A stretch of 64,000 nucleotides of DNA from Isurus oxyrinchus (taxonomy: Eukaryota), in assembly GCA_026770705.1 (NCBI GenBank), contig JANJGN010000026.1, forward strand, positions 36,580,001-36,644,000, given 5' to 3'. The position numbers were made by a program, and so were the translations under genes. This document shows positions 25,657 through 37,719 of this stretch, one piece after another. Positions within the stretch are counted from its first letter, which is position 1; each line of letters begins with the position of its first letter. The notes under the pieces are model-generated. The model worked only from the letters and a program-made list of their open reading frames with translations. It was not told where the DNA came from and searched no databases.

Positions 25657-26850
25657 AAAGGGGAGCCTGTAGACAAACCGTACTTGGATTTCCAGAAGGC
25701 ATTTGATAAAATGCCACATCAAAGGTTATCACGACAAATAAAAGCTCATGGTGTGGGATGTAACATGTTAGTATGGATAGAATATTGGCTGGCTGGCAGA
25801 AAACAGAGAGTATGCATAAATTGGTCTTTGTTGATTGGCAGGATGTGATGAGTGGAGTCCCACAGGATCTGTGCTGGCACCTCAACTTTTTACAATTGAT
25901 ATCAATGACTTAGATGAGGGGAGAGAAGCCATTGTAGCTAAATTTGCAGATGACATGAAGATATGTAGAAATGTATGTTGTGAAGAGGACATAAGGAGGT
26001 TGCAGACGCATATAAATAGGCTGACTGATTGGGCAGAGATCTGGCAAATGAAGTTTAATATTGAAAAATGTGAAGTTGTTCACTTTAGCAGGAAGAATAA
26101 AAAAATAGAGTGTTACTTAAATGGAGAATGACTGCAGAATTCCAAGGTGCAGAGGGATATAGGTGTTCTAGTGCATGAGGCACAAAAAGTTAGTATGCAG
26201 GTAGTTAAGAAGGCTAAGGGAATACTTTTCTTTATTACGAGAGGAATTGAACATCAAAGCAAGGATGTTATGCTTCAGTTATACAGGGCATTGGTGAGAC
26301 CACATATCAAATACAGTGTGCAGTTTTTGGTCTCTTATTCAAAGAAAGATGTAAATACATTGGAGGTGGTTCAAAGGAGGTTTACTAGATTGCTACCTGG
26401 ATGAGCGGGTTGTCTTTTGAGGATAGGTTGGACAGGTTGGGCTTGTTTCCACTGGAGTTTAGAAAAGGGAGGGGTGACTTGATTGAAGTATATAAGATCC
26501 TGAATGGTCTTGACAAGGTGGATATGCAAAGGATGTTTCCTCTTGTGGGTGAGTCCAGAACTAGGGGCATTGTTTTGAAATTAGGAGACGCCCTTTTAGG
26601 ACAGAGATGAGGAGAATTTTTTTCTCTGAGGACTCTGGAACTCCCTGCCTCAGAAGTCAGTGTTGGTGGAGTCATTAAATATTTTTAAGGCAGAGGTAGA
26701 TAGATTCTTGTTAGGCACAGGAATCAAAGTTTAATGGGGGTAGATGGGAATGTGGAATTTGAAATGCAAGTAATCAGTCATGATTATATTGAATGGCGGC
26801 GTGGGCTCAAGGGACTGAATGACCTAGTTATTCTCCTATTTTGCATGTTC
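25657..26850 (+). mobile_element. CR1 LINE ORF2 (RT) 3' fragment, decayed
   Basis: YLDFQKAFDK, SVLAPQLF.I.INDL, KFADD and RLGLFPLEF motifs with frameshifts. Confidence 0.92.
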
Positions 26851-27009
26851 GCATGATGCAGATATGTGGTTTGAAGGTCAGTTTGGGGTGAAACATGACA
26901 CCAATGTTGTGAACAGTCTGGTTCAGTCTCAGACAGTTGCTGGGGAGATGATGGAGTCTGTGGCTCTGGAGTGGAGAAGAGACTGAAGACAATGGTTTCA
27001 GTTATCAGG

Positions 27010-27830
27010 GAGACATTGGCATAGTGGTATTGTCACTGGACAAGTAATTCAGAGATCAGGGTAATGCTTGAGGGACCCAGGTTCAAATCCCACCACAACA
27101 TCAGGCTTTCACCAAGACACCTTACACAGCACCTTCCAAACCCACAGCCACAACTACCTAGGAGGACAAGGGCAGCAGATAGATGGGAACACCACCACCT
27201 GGAGGTTCCCCTCCAAGTAACTCATCATCCTGACTTGGAAATATATTGCCGTTTCTTCACTGTCACTGGGTCAAAATCCTGGAACTCCCTTCCTAACAGC
27301 ACTGTGAGTGTACCTACACCACATGGACTGCAGCGGTTCAAGAAGGCAGCTCAACCCATCTTCTCAAGAGCAACTAGGAATGGGGAATAAACACTGGCCC
27401 AGCCAGCGAAACCCATGAGTGAATAAAAAAAACTTTACAAGACAGATGGTGGAATTTAATTTCAATGAAAAGTCTAATGTTGGCAACAAAATCATTGTCG
27501 ATAGTCGTAAAAACCCATCTAGTTCACTAATGTCCTTTAGAGGAGGAAATCTGCCATCCTTACCTGGTCTGGCCTACGTGTGACTCCAGACCCACAAGAA
27601 TGTGATTGACTCTGAAATGACCTCAGTAGTATCAAACCACGACTGGAAAATGATTAAGAAATGAAACCAGACCACCCGGCATCGGCCCAGGCACCAGAAG
27701 CGACAAAGGCAAACTCAGCCCTGTCAACCCGATGAAGTCCTCCATACTAACATCTGCAGGCTGGTGCCAAGAATGAGAGAGCTGTCTCACAGAGGAGTTA
27801 AGCAACAGCCTGACATACTCATATTCACGA
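27010..27830 (+). mobile_element. SINE with nested LINE-tail fragments
   Basis: tRNA-like head (ggcatagtggt..ggttcaaatccc), SINE core and LINE tail motifs. Confidence 0.65.
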
Positions 27831-28512
27831 AACCATAGTTCTTGTGGAGACAAAGTCCTGTCTTTACATTGAGGATACCCTCCATTATGTTGTCTGGTAT
27901 ATAACCCTAGATCTCAAACAGATCATGCAACCATGAGGTGCTGTGAGCCATCGGCAGCAGCAGAATTGTACTCAATCACAGTCTTCAATTTTGCCTTGAA
28001 TCATCATCCTCTTGATCATTTACTCAGTCTTCCATCCTATTGCAGACCATTTGTTCTTTCCTCCTCTCCCACTCTCTTTTACCTGACCCTATATTTGCTG
28101 GAAAAGTATTAAATCTTTCACTCTTTCCTGTTTGGATAAAGGGTCACCGATGTGAAACATTCACTCTGTTTACCTCTCCATAGATACTGTTTTACCTGCT
28201 GAGTGTTTCCAACATTTTCTGTTTTGAGGTCAATTTCTAGCATCTGCAGTATTTTTTGGGGGGCCACTGTGTTTTCTCTCACTTATCGTTACCTGTTTAA
28301 AGGTGAAGAAGAGCTTTTAAAGAATGAAACAGCTGTAATTGTCTTGAAGGGTCATTCGGACTCGAAACGTTAACTGTGCTCCTCTCCACAAATGCTGCCA
28401 GACCTGCTGAGTTTTTCCAGGTATTTTTGTTTTTGTTTTAGTAAGTATCACCCTGTTCAACATGAAACTAAACTAATTGTTAATTCCTCATCGGTAATAA
28501 TTTTAAACACAA

Positions 28513-28583
28513 AGTTTTGGCCGGGATTGAACCGGGGACTCTCTCATGTAAAGTCAATGTGATAATCACTGCACTGGGGAAAT
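28513..28583 (-). tRNA. tRNA-Val(TAC)-like pseudogene
   Basis: Reverse complement TTTCCCCAGTGCAGTGATTATCACATTGACTTTACATGAGAGAGTCCCCGGTTCAATCCCGG. Confidence 0.65.
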
Positions 28584-28709
28584 GAGTGTGAATCTCCCCG
28601 GACAGAGGGGAACTGACCATCCATCTCTAGCTCTAATTCCCAAACAGAAAATGCTGCCAAGAATCAGCAAGTCAGGCTGAGTCTGTGGCCGCTCTCAGCG
28701 TCTGAAACC

Positions 28710-28900
28710 GTTACAATTGACGGTTGCTCCGGACCAATAGGAAAAGGGGGCAGGTCTGGGGGACATGCGTGCGCGAGAGGCTGGCCCTGCAACCAATGAG
28801 GAGGTGGGGCTGACTGAAGCATGTGCATTGTGGATAATGGGGGTCCACAATGGGTAAAGAGGGGGGATGGCGGGGCGGAGGGAGCGATGGACGAAGACAT
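28710..28900. promoter_or_regulatory. CCAAT/GC-box promoter module, inverted paralog of the 24450 module
   Basis: GGACCAATAGGAA and CAACCAATGAGG..GGGGCTGA mirror 24450-24553. Confidence 0.55.
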
Positions 28901-30793
28901 GTTGTGTAAACCCACAGCCGTGTTCAACTCGGGCTAAAGGCCCCAATGTTTTTTATTCATTCCTGGGATGTGGGTGTCCGTGGCTGCAGCCAGCAGTTAC
29001 TGGCCATTCCTAAGTGCCCTTGTTCAGAGGGCAGTTCAGGATCATCACATTACTGTGGGGTCTGGGGTCACAGATAGGCCAGACCAGGTAAGGATTTTTA
29101 TAACTATCAACAATGGTTTCATGGTCATCTTTAGACTTTTAATTCTGGATTTTTATTGAATTCAAATTTCACCATCTGCTGTGGTGGGAATTGATCCCAG
29201 AGGCCACAGCATTACCTGGGTCTCTTGAATATGAGTACGTCACAATGCCACTATGCCACCACAATGGGCACATGTAGGGGGACAATGTTTTAATGACTGG
29301 GAGGAGCTTGTTACCCATTGTTCAAAATGATGACAACTTGTCCATCAAGCTGTATTAACCTTTGAGCTGATCAATAATGTCTTATTGATGAGGCAAAGCA
29401 GCAGCAGAGAAGGCAAGAAAAGGAAGAAAATCCTGCTCTCCTGATCTCACTACCTCATAGATGACCTGCCCCATGTGTCCAAAGATCTGTGTGTCTGTTC
29501 AGTCACATGAAGACCAATGGCAAAAACTCACAACCCTGAGTAGACATCACCCTCTAATCGAGGGACTGCTGATGACAATGAGGGACAATGTGCAGAGGAC
29601 GCATGTGAGGTCATCCTGGACCAGGAAGGAGGAGGAGAGAATGTTGTGAATTTCTATCCTGGGATGGATTTTGGAAACTCCTTTTACAGGGGGTTAGAAG
29701 GAGAGGATTTATGCACAGCAAACTCAAAGCAAGAAAAATATTTGTCTCCTCTGAATTTCCATCCTGGACTGATAGTGATTGTTTCTATAAACTCATGGGG
29801 TACCGGAAGCAGAGGTCTTTTTTAAGGAGTATCTTAAAGGAGGAAAGGAAGATAGAGAGGCAGACAGGATTAGTAATGAAATCTCAGAGTTTATGGCCTT
29901 GGCAGCTACAGGTACCAAATGTGGAGCAAATGAAATCAGGAATTGTCAGGAAGTCAGAAGTGGAGGAGTGCTGATATCTCAGAGGTAACAAAGGAATGGA
30001 TGATGGTTTCAGCAGCAAATGGGCTGAGACTTGGGTGGAGTCTGGTGATGTTACTAGTCTTCATGATGATGCAGGTATGTGGTTGGAGCTTGTCTTGGGG
30101 TCAAATATGACACCAATGTTTTGAAGGATCTCCTTCAGCCTCAGGCAGTTGACAGAGAGGGGGCTGGAGTCAGTGCCTAGGGAGTGAAGTTTGTAGTGGG
30201 GACTGAGGACAATGTCTTCAGCCTTTTCAATATTTAAATGGAGGAAAATTCTCATCCACTGCTGGGTGTTGGGCAGGTCAGGATGGTGTGTGACTTGGAG
30301 GGGAACCTGGAGGTGATGGTGTTCACATACACCCGCTACCCTGGTCCTTCTAGGTGGTGGAGATTGAGGATTCATGAGATTCTGTTAAAGTTCTGGTCGA
30401 TTTGCACAAAATTAAATAATATTCCTCTCCTCTGATTCTGCTCCCAGCTTCTTTCACTCTTCTCCCCCCATATTCCAGAGTCTTGTGTAGGACGAGACTG
30501 GGTGGCATGTTTCCTGAAGCATATTAGTGAATCAGCTGGGGTTTTACGACAATCCAGCAGTTTTCATGGTCATATTTTCCTAGTGTCAGCCCCACAAATC
30601 ACCAGATTCATTCAGCTCAATTTCACAATCTGTCTTTGTGTTTTTGTGGGGTTTCTTTTTTCTGTTTCAAATCATTTTGACAGGTTTTTAGAAGGGGAGG
30701 ATTTCGAATCCGGAAACTCAAACCAAGCATCACATCAGGATCTGACAGAGTCACCCAATTTATCATAATCTTAAACATCATCAGATTTTGAAC

Positions 30794-31578
30794 ATGGAAG
30801 GAGAAAGCACCATTCACAGCAGAGAGAAACCGCACACGTGCCCTGTGTGTGGACGAGGCTTCAGCCGATCATATGGCCTGTCGAAACACAAGTGCAGTCA
30901 TGCAGGGGAGAAACCATGGAAATGTGGAGACTGTGGGAAGGGATTCAGATCGTCTTCTGAGTTGGATACTCATTAACGCACTCACACTGGGGAGAAGCCG
31001 TTCATCTGCTCCATATGTGGGAAGGGATTCATTTGGTCAGCAAACCTGCTGACACACCAGCATGTTCACACTGGGGAGAGACCGTTCACCTGCTCCGAGT
31101 GTGGGAAGGGATTCACTCATTTATCGTCCCTGCTGAGACACCAGCGAGTTCACACTGGAGAGAGGCCATTCACATGCTCTGCGTGTGGGAAAGGATTCAC
31201 TGATGCATCCAACCTGTTGAGACACCAGCAAGTTCATACTGACAAGAGACCTTTTAAATGCCCAGACTGTGGGAAGTGCTTTAAAAGTTCTGGGGTCTGA
31301 TGTCGCATCAGCATGTTCACACTGATGAGAGACCTTTTAATTGTCCAGAATGTGGGAAATGCTATAAAAGGTTCTGGGAACGAATGTTCCATCAACGTGT
31401 TCACACTGACAAGAGACCGTTCAGGTGCTCTCACTGTGGGACTGGGTTCAGGAGATCACCTGAACTCACTGTACACCAGCGAGTTCACACTGGGGAGAGA
31501 CTGTTCACCTGCCCCGAGTGTGGGAAGAGATTCACACGGTCATCCATCCTGATGAGACACCAGCAAGTTCACAACTAA
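30794..31578 (+). pseudogene. C2H2 zinc-finger pseudogene (9 fingers)
   Basis: Tandem CxxC..HxxxH with TGE[KR]P linkers; in-frame TAA at 30974-76 and a 1-nt frameshift near 31296. Confidence 0.92.
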
Positions 31579-31580
31579 CT

Positions 31581-31717
31581 CTTTCGAGTACAAACACGTT
31601 TCCATCTGTTTCAGATGAAGTTACATTGTTTCATAGTTTGTCATTGTGAGATTTGAACTCTTGATCTTGGGGTTACAAACCCAGTACCATAACCACTTGG
31701 CTATTTAGGCCAAACCC
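31581..31717 (-). mobile_element. short tRNA-derived SINE with target-site duplication
   Basis: Reverse-strand head GGCCTAAATAGCCAAGTGGTT..GAGTTCAAATCTC (A and B boxes); flanks CACAA(C/G)TAACT at 31570 and 31718. Confidence 0.75.
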
Positions 31718-31899
31718 CACAAGTAACTACAGTGATTGGATTTCGCTGTTAATCACATTCAGGACTGAACCATGTTCTTTGGGGTCTATTTCTGCTGAAT
31801 GTTAATCAACTCCAAACCAGTTGTAGTTGTTAGTATTGTTGAAATTTAAAAAAGATTAGTTTTGTGTAAAGTACACAGTGAGGCGAATCTTTTTAATCT

Positions 31900-33020
31900 C
31901 TCTAACTCACGAAGTTCCTTTTGAAGGGCTCTCCCTCTCCTCTGTCTTCTCCATACTCACCCCCAACAAGTGTGAGGAGCTCATGGAGCTTCTTTGTCAC
32001 TAAGATTGAGACAATCCCATCTGTTGACTCTGCTGCTTCCCTCTCATCCACTGGCCAATCGGGCAAAACTATCTTTAAAGCTCCTCCTTGTCCGAGCCCT
32101 GAACTTACATCTTTCCCCAGTTTCTCTTCTATCTCTCCCTCATTCCCTTCAGTGCTCATCTTATCCATGAGACCCACCTTCTGCTCCACTGACTAGTCCC
32201 ACTAAGCTGCTGACCATTCAACTCTCGCTCTCTCCTGGTACTATCCCTCTATCTTTAATCCACCATCATCACCCATTCTATAAAAAAAAATCTTTAACCC
32301 CATCTCCAACTCCCTTTCCTCTCCAATGTCCTTGTACTTGGTGTCCCCCAAGGATCTATCCTTGGACCCTCCTGTTTCTCATCTACCCACTGCCACTAGG
32401 TGACACCATCCAAAAGCACCACATAAGGTTTCAAATGTACACTGACAACTCTACCTCACCACCATCCCTCTCCATTCCTCCAATTACTAAATTATCAAAC
32501 TACTTATCCGACATCCAGTACTGAAATAAGCAGAAACTTCCTCCAATTAACAATTTGGAAGTCTTCAGTCACCATAATAAATTCTGTTCCCTAACTACCA
32601 AGTCCATCCCTCTCCCTGGGAACTGTCTGAGGCTGAACCACACTCTTCATAATCTTGGTGTCATATTTCACCCCAAGATGAGTTTCTGACCACATACCCG
32701 CACCATCACGAATACCAGATATTTCAATCTCCATAACGTCACCTGTCTCCCCCCGCACCCCAGCTCATGTGCTACTGAAACCCTCATCCATGCCCATGTT
32801 ACCTTTAGACTTGACAATTCCAATTGACCAACCTCAATACATTCACCCCACCCCCACATGGAACCGTGAGATCATCCAAAACTCTGCTGACTGTGTGCTT
32901 TCTCACATCAAGTCCTGTTCATCCATCACCCCTGTGCTCACTGACCTACATCGGCTCCTGGTCAAACAATGCCTCGATTTTAAAATTCACATTCTTGATT
33001 TCAAATCCCTCCATGGCCGT
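31900..33020 (+). mobile_element. L2-clade LINE RT fragment
   Basis: GVPQGSILGP, decayed YADD region and LxFKI..L.FKSLHG motifs. Confidence 0.75.
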
Positions 33021-33136
33021 CTATCATCTGAATTATATCTACATCAATATAACACTGTCTGTGAACTATTGCTGTCAGTTCAGTTCAATTGAAGTAATAC
33101 TCTCTGATTTCCTCTTCCTTTGACCGTGTGTTCCAG

Positions 33137-33440
33137 ATCTGAGCGATGGAGATTCTGTTACTCAGCGCGAATCCTCGCTCACACAGGCAGAGCGAGAAGA
33201 TGTCGCTTTAACCTGCATCTTTACTGGCGATGGTTATTACTTATCCTGGTGCTGTCAATACCCAGACAGACAGCCCGAGTTTGCACTCCAGAGACACATG
33301 GGCGGTGATTCTGAATTTAAGGCGGATTTTGCTTAGAGCCGGTTTTCTGATACATTCCAGCAGACAGACAGATTGTACCGATTGACCTTCTCGGAGCTGC
33401 GGCTGTCTGACACCGCAGTATATTACTGTGCACTGAGTCT
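33137..33440 (+). pseudogene. TCR alpha/delta-type V pseudogene (leader lost)
   Basis: DSVTQ..VALTC..YYLSW..QPEF..KADFA*SRFS..ELRLSDTAVYYCALS; TAG at 33334-36; a LINE sits where the leader should be. Confidence 0.9.
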
Positions 33441-33468
33441 CATAGCGATTGTTCCTCGTTCAATAACT
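33441..33468 (+). other. degenerate RSS with 12-nt spacer
   Basis: CATAGCG + ATTGTTCCTCGT + TCAATAACT. Confidence 0.55.
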
Positions 33469-33599
33469 GCTGCAGCTTTCTGGGTTACAGCTTCTCTCTG
33501 TTGAGGGCTGTTTACCACAGCGGGTCAGACACTGTCACGTGAATCCATTCCTACTAGCAATAAAACAAGCACAAGAACAAGTACAACAAAAACTGCATC

Positions 33600-34470
33600 T
33601 GAAATCGGTCCCTTTGATTGCTGACCCTCTTCCCGATGATTGCATTAACGTTATGGGGGCTGAATTGGCTGCTCGCCATTCCCCATTTCCCAAAACTATC
33701 TCCAGACCCTTTCCTGGAACCGTTCTACTAGTTTAGCTTCAGAGGCAGTTCGTGGCAAACAGAAAAGGAATAATTGTTCTGAAACATCAGTCTGCAGTGG
33801 AAACAGCAGTACTCCAAGCTATAAGGGCGTAATAATTATATGAACCAGTAAATGTTCCTAAATGTAAAAGAAATTTGGACATATTAAAACAGAGCATGTG
33901 TAATCTGAGCAGTTCCTGAAAGTGTGCTGCCATCTTGCGGGAGAAATCAGAATTGTCCCCGTCATTGTTTCCTTCAGTTCAGAGAACTGTTGTTCAGGAA
34001 TTATCTTCCGAAGACACTCAAAGGGCACAAATCCCTACGGCAATCCTCATAAGCACCATCTAATTACGTTCATGTTGAACAATGGCTCTCTCTTTGATGA
34101 TTGCATGAACGGAATGAGGGCAGAATTGGCTGCTCCTTATTCCCATTAAGAAAACACACTCCCACCCGCTTTCCTGGTGCCAGTTCAGTTGGTTTCCCGC
34201 TTCTTCTGACATGGCTGCAATAATTGGTTGTTTCTACCGGCCTGCAGGGGAAGCAGAAGTCCGCCAGCTCGAGACGATTCGAATAATTTGATGAGCCTGT
34301 TTAAATGTCCCTCAGTGTTAAAGACTTTCGGACATATTGAAAAGAATTATCCGTTTCTGAGGTGTTGCTGCCACCTGGTGGAAGCAATCAGAATGCCGCA
34401 GGCAATATTTTCTTCAATTCAGAGCGACTGCTTAGGAGTAATATTTCTAGGAGACTCAAAAGGTAAGTAA
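33600..34470. repeat. ~460-bp diverged tandem duplication, each unit carrying a CTCF-like motif
   Basis: 'gatgattgcat.aacg..atg.gggc.gaattggctgctc' at ~33640 and ~34096; 'gctgcca.ct.g.gg' at 33927 and 34368. Confidence 0.65.
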
Positions 34471-34744
34471 GATCGATTGTTGTAATTCTATATCGTGATA
34501 TTACTACAGTTGCTGCACTAGGGTGTACCTCTTTTTATATCACATTACACTGAGTGGTCAGCATTGATTGTTGCCTGAATATACAATGTGTGAAGGCGTA
34601 AGTTTGGTGAGTGAGGGTGTTCAGTGAAGATACAAGTTAATTAATCAAAATAAATGTAATTCGCTCAATAAAGATGGCAGGAGAGGTGATGTGTCTCGGC
34701 TGCAGCATGTGTGAGCTACTGGCTTGCACTGCAATCCATGGCAA

Positions 34745-35450
34745 CCACATAAGACCATAAGACTTAGGAGCAGAAGTAGGCCATTCGGCCCATCGAGTCT
34801 AGGTCCGCCATTCAGTGAGATCATGGCTATTCTGATAATCCTCAACTCCACTTTCCTGTCTTTCCACTATCACCCATGATTCACTTACTTACTGTATTTC
34901 TCAACCTTGGATATATTTAACGACCTAGCCTCTTTGGTAAACAATTCCACAGATTGACGACCCTCTGAGAGAATAGATTCCTCCTCATCTCTATTTTAAG
35001 TGGGGGGCCCCATTACTCTGCGATTATGCCCACCCCCACCGCCCCCCCCCCCCCCCATCCCACGTCCTAGGAAACCCTGTGCCACTCTGCGTAACATCTG
35101 TCGCTTGTAAAATGCTAGAGTCAATTATTAAGGAAGTAGTAACAACCTAACTAGTGTCTTACAAATGTTCAACATGACATGTTCAACTCTTTTCCACAAT
35201 GCCCCTATTAATAAAGCCTAAGATACTGTATGCTTTATTAACTGCTCTCTCAACATGCTGTGCCATCTTCAATAGCTTATGTACATATATATACGCAGGT
35301 TCCTTTGTGCCTGCATCTCCTTTAGAGTTTGTCCCTTTATTTTATACTATTTCTCCATATTCTTTCGGCCAAAATGAATTGTATCACACTTCTGTGGCAT
35401 TGAACTTCTTCTGGCAAACCACCCACGTCTCTATGTCCTTCTGAAGTTCA
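34745..35450 (-). mobile_element. CR1 LINE fragments
   Basis: CR1 3' tail 'cataagac..aggagcagaagtaggccattcggcccatcgagtct'. Confidence 0.7.
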
Positions 35451-36148
35451 AATCTATCCCAAACAAAATTCACAAAGTTTCCAATCTTTGTATTATCTGC
35501 TAGTCTTGGAATCTATCTCAGAACAGCACAATCTAGTTTCTTACATCCAGGTCACCATAAGAAGACAAGTGTTATTCGTGGGAGCGTTGCTGAGCTGGAA
35601 GTCAGTGAATAGAAGCAGCTCGAGCTGCGCTGCAGCCAGTGTCCTCATTGTGGGAATAGTTCAGCTGCTAGAGACCGGGGTTGGGCATAAGAGTCCGGTA
35701 CGTTCATTAGGGACTGTCTCGATGTCCTGGGCCCACATCCCACCTTTAACAAACACCACCCAATACGAACTCATGCACCGACCTCCCGGTTCATCACTGT
35801 GGGGTAAGGAGGGCGGCAGCACAACTGGCAGAAAGAAAAGCTCCCTACCCCCAGCCCTGTACAACAGAGTATTGTGGGAGGGGATTTCACATCCGGATCA
35901 CAATCCCAATGTAGAGTCAGAAAATTGCAGCCTCCTTTTATAAACCTGTCTCTTATTCACAAAATATTTAGCCAGCGACCCGAGAACCGTGCGGCCCATC
36001 AATGATCTCAGCTAAGCTGCCCTTTGTAAATCAACTCGATCCCCTAAGGTGTTTCAGTCCAGCCCTGAAGTCCGGTCTCCCAGGGCAGTCCAGGGCTGCA
36101 GTCTCCAGCTCCCCGTCACATAAACCCCCAGCTCTAGGCAGCAGAGCG

Positions 36149-36627
36149 ATGGGAATCCTCCTTGTTTTCACCCTCTGTGTCTGTATACCCCGTGAGTACC
36201 GATCAAACAAACCGACATTGTGTGGGTTTAATATAAAGCTGCTTGAGTCCATCCCAATTACAGACAATGTCTGCGGGTTTAACCCCGCTCCGTGGTTCGG
36301 CTCTGATGGTCCATTACACTCTCTCTGTTTAATTTCCAGGCTCTTTCAGTCAGTCAGTGACACAGACCCCAGCAGCGGTGACCAGGAAGGAGTGTCAGTC
36401 TCTCACCATCACCTGTGTTTATTATGGTTATTATTATTTACAAAATGGACACTTCTTCAAACAAACCCAGACCGGGACAGAGTGGGAGCGGATCTCCAGC
36501 GGGGAGAGATTTGTTGTGTCGGTGAATAAAGCAGGAAAGACATTTTCACTGGAAATTCGGGACATGAGAGTTGAAGACACCGCCAACTATTACTGTAAAG
36601 CTCAGTACAGATACAACATTGGTTAAT
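36149..36627 (+). CDS. NAR-TCR V segment (IgNAR-like membrane-distal V): leader 36149-36191, V exon 36340-36627
   Basis: Leader MGILLVFTLCVCIP|GTGAGT; V exon SVTQTPAAVTRKECQSLTITC..ERISSGERFVVSVNKAGKTFSLEIRDMRVEDTANYYCKA; VNAR-like loss of CDR2 and an extra FR1 Cys. Confidence 0.9.
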
Positions 36628-36655
36628 CACAGAGGAAAAGGCCTGAACAAATAGC
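36628..36655 (+). other. RSS 3' of the NAR-TCR V (best read as a 12-RSS)
   Basis: CACAGAG + GAAAAGGCCTGA (12) + ACAAATAGC. Confidence 0.65.
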
Positions 36656-36969
36656 TCTGTACAATTAAAATATATATTCTCCGGGCCCAGATAGTGAATT
36701 GTCGGGTTGATGTTATCATCGCTGGAATCTGATTACGTTTTATTGTAATTTCCACCATTCCATTATCTTTCTTTGATATTTGTCTCGGTTTATATGAAGC
36801 GAACATCTCGTTCCCTGGACCAGTTACTCAGCCCTCAGGGCCTCACAAAGCACAGTGTGAGCCAGCAGACATTTTGAAACATTGAATATTGTTTATTTTT
36901 TTCAATCCGCTGAATATATGGCAGTTTCTACTGTCTGGTGATGATTTCCCGCCAGGTTGAGTTGTCGGT

Positions 36970-37008
36970 GGTTCTTGTGCCGGGGAGACTGAGAGCAGTG
37001 TTACTGTG
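36970..37008 (-). other. 23-RSS of the NAR-TCR J
   Basis: GGTTCTTGT + 23 nt + TACTGTG on the + strand. Confidence 0.85.
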
Positions 37009-37061
37009 GTGGAAATATGATTCTGTGGATGGATCAGGTACGATGTTGACTGTCATAGCCG
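37009..37061 (+). CDS. NAR-TCR J segment
   Basis: WKYDSVDGSGTMLTVIA with G-x-G-T motif and phase-1 donor G|GTAAGT. Confidence 0.88.
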
Positions 37062-37719
37062 GTAAGTGACTCCAGCCACCCTCCCCCTCACACCTGTTGC
37101 GGCCTGTCCTAGCTAATGTTCACCCGCTGCTTTTTATTGTGATCAGTGTCAGTTCAGTCCCACGAAAAGGAAAACAGATGGTTTTCATAAGGAAACCTCT
37201 CTGTTGGCTTTTTCGATTTGGGGGCAGAATATTATTCAGGAGCTGGGTCGAATGTCTAGGTGAAACTATGTGTGAGATCTGTCAGACTAGGTGGTCAACG
37301 GGATCAGGGTGGGTGGAGGATGGAGTGTGGGGACGTGAGGGAGGGGATTTTAAGTTTGGTGGAGCATGAGGGTTCGCTGCATCTGAACCATTATTAGTTT
37401 CACTGGTACATTGGGGGCCATCAATCCCTCTGATTCACAATACTAATCATTTGTAAGTTTGGAATTGCTAACATTTATCTCTTTTGAATGTAGATTTTTG
37501 AGATACTGGATTGCTTTAATTTATCTGTATCTGTGATTTCTGCAAATTAAAACAACACAGAGCAGTGGGAGAGTGAGGATGATGCACTAAACTGCTAGAA
37601 GGGAACAGGAACATAAGAGAACAATAATAATCGAAACCAAGAGAAAGGTTGGATGATTTCTGGGGGCCGTTCAAAATTCTTCCTGGCACGAGGGTGGGGG
37701 GTGAGGTTTATGGAGGGAA

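Noticed and set aside
36002-36529. 175-aa ORF
   Set aside because: Read-through of promoter, leader and intron into the wrong V frame; the real product is spliced
36787-36880. Candidate D segment (GGTTTATAT at 36787, CACAGTG at 36851)
   Set aside because: No heptamer at 12 or 23 nt from the nonamer and no acceptable nonamer after the heptamer; at most a relic
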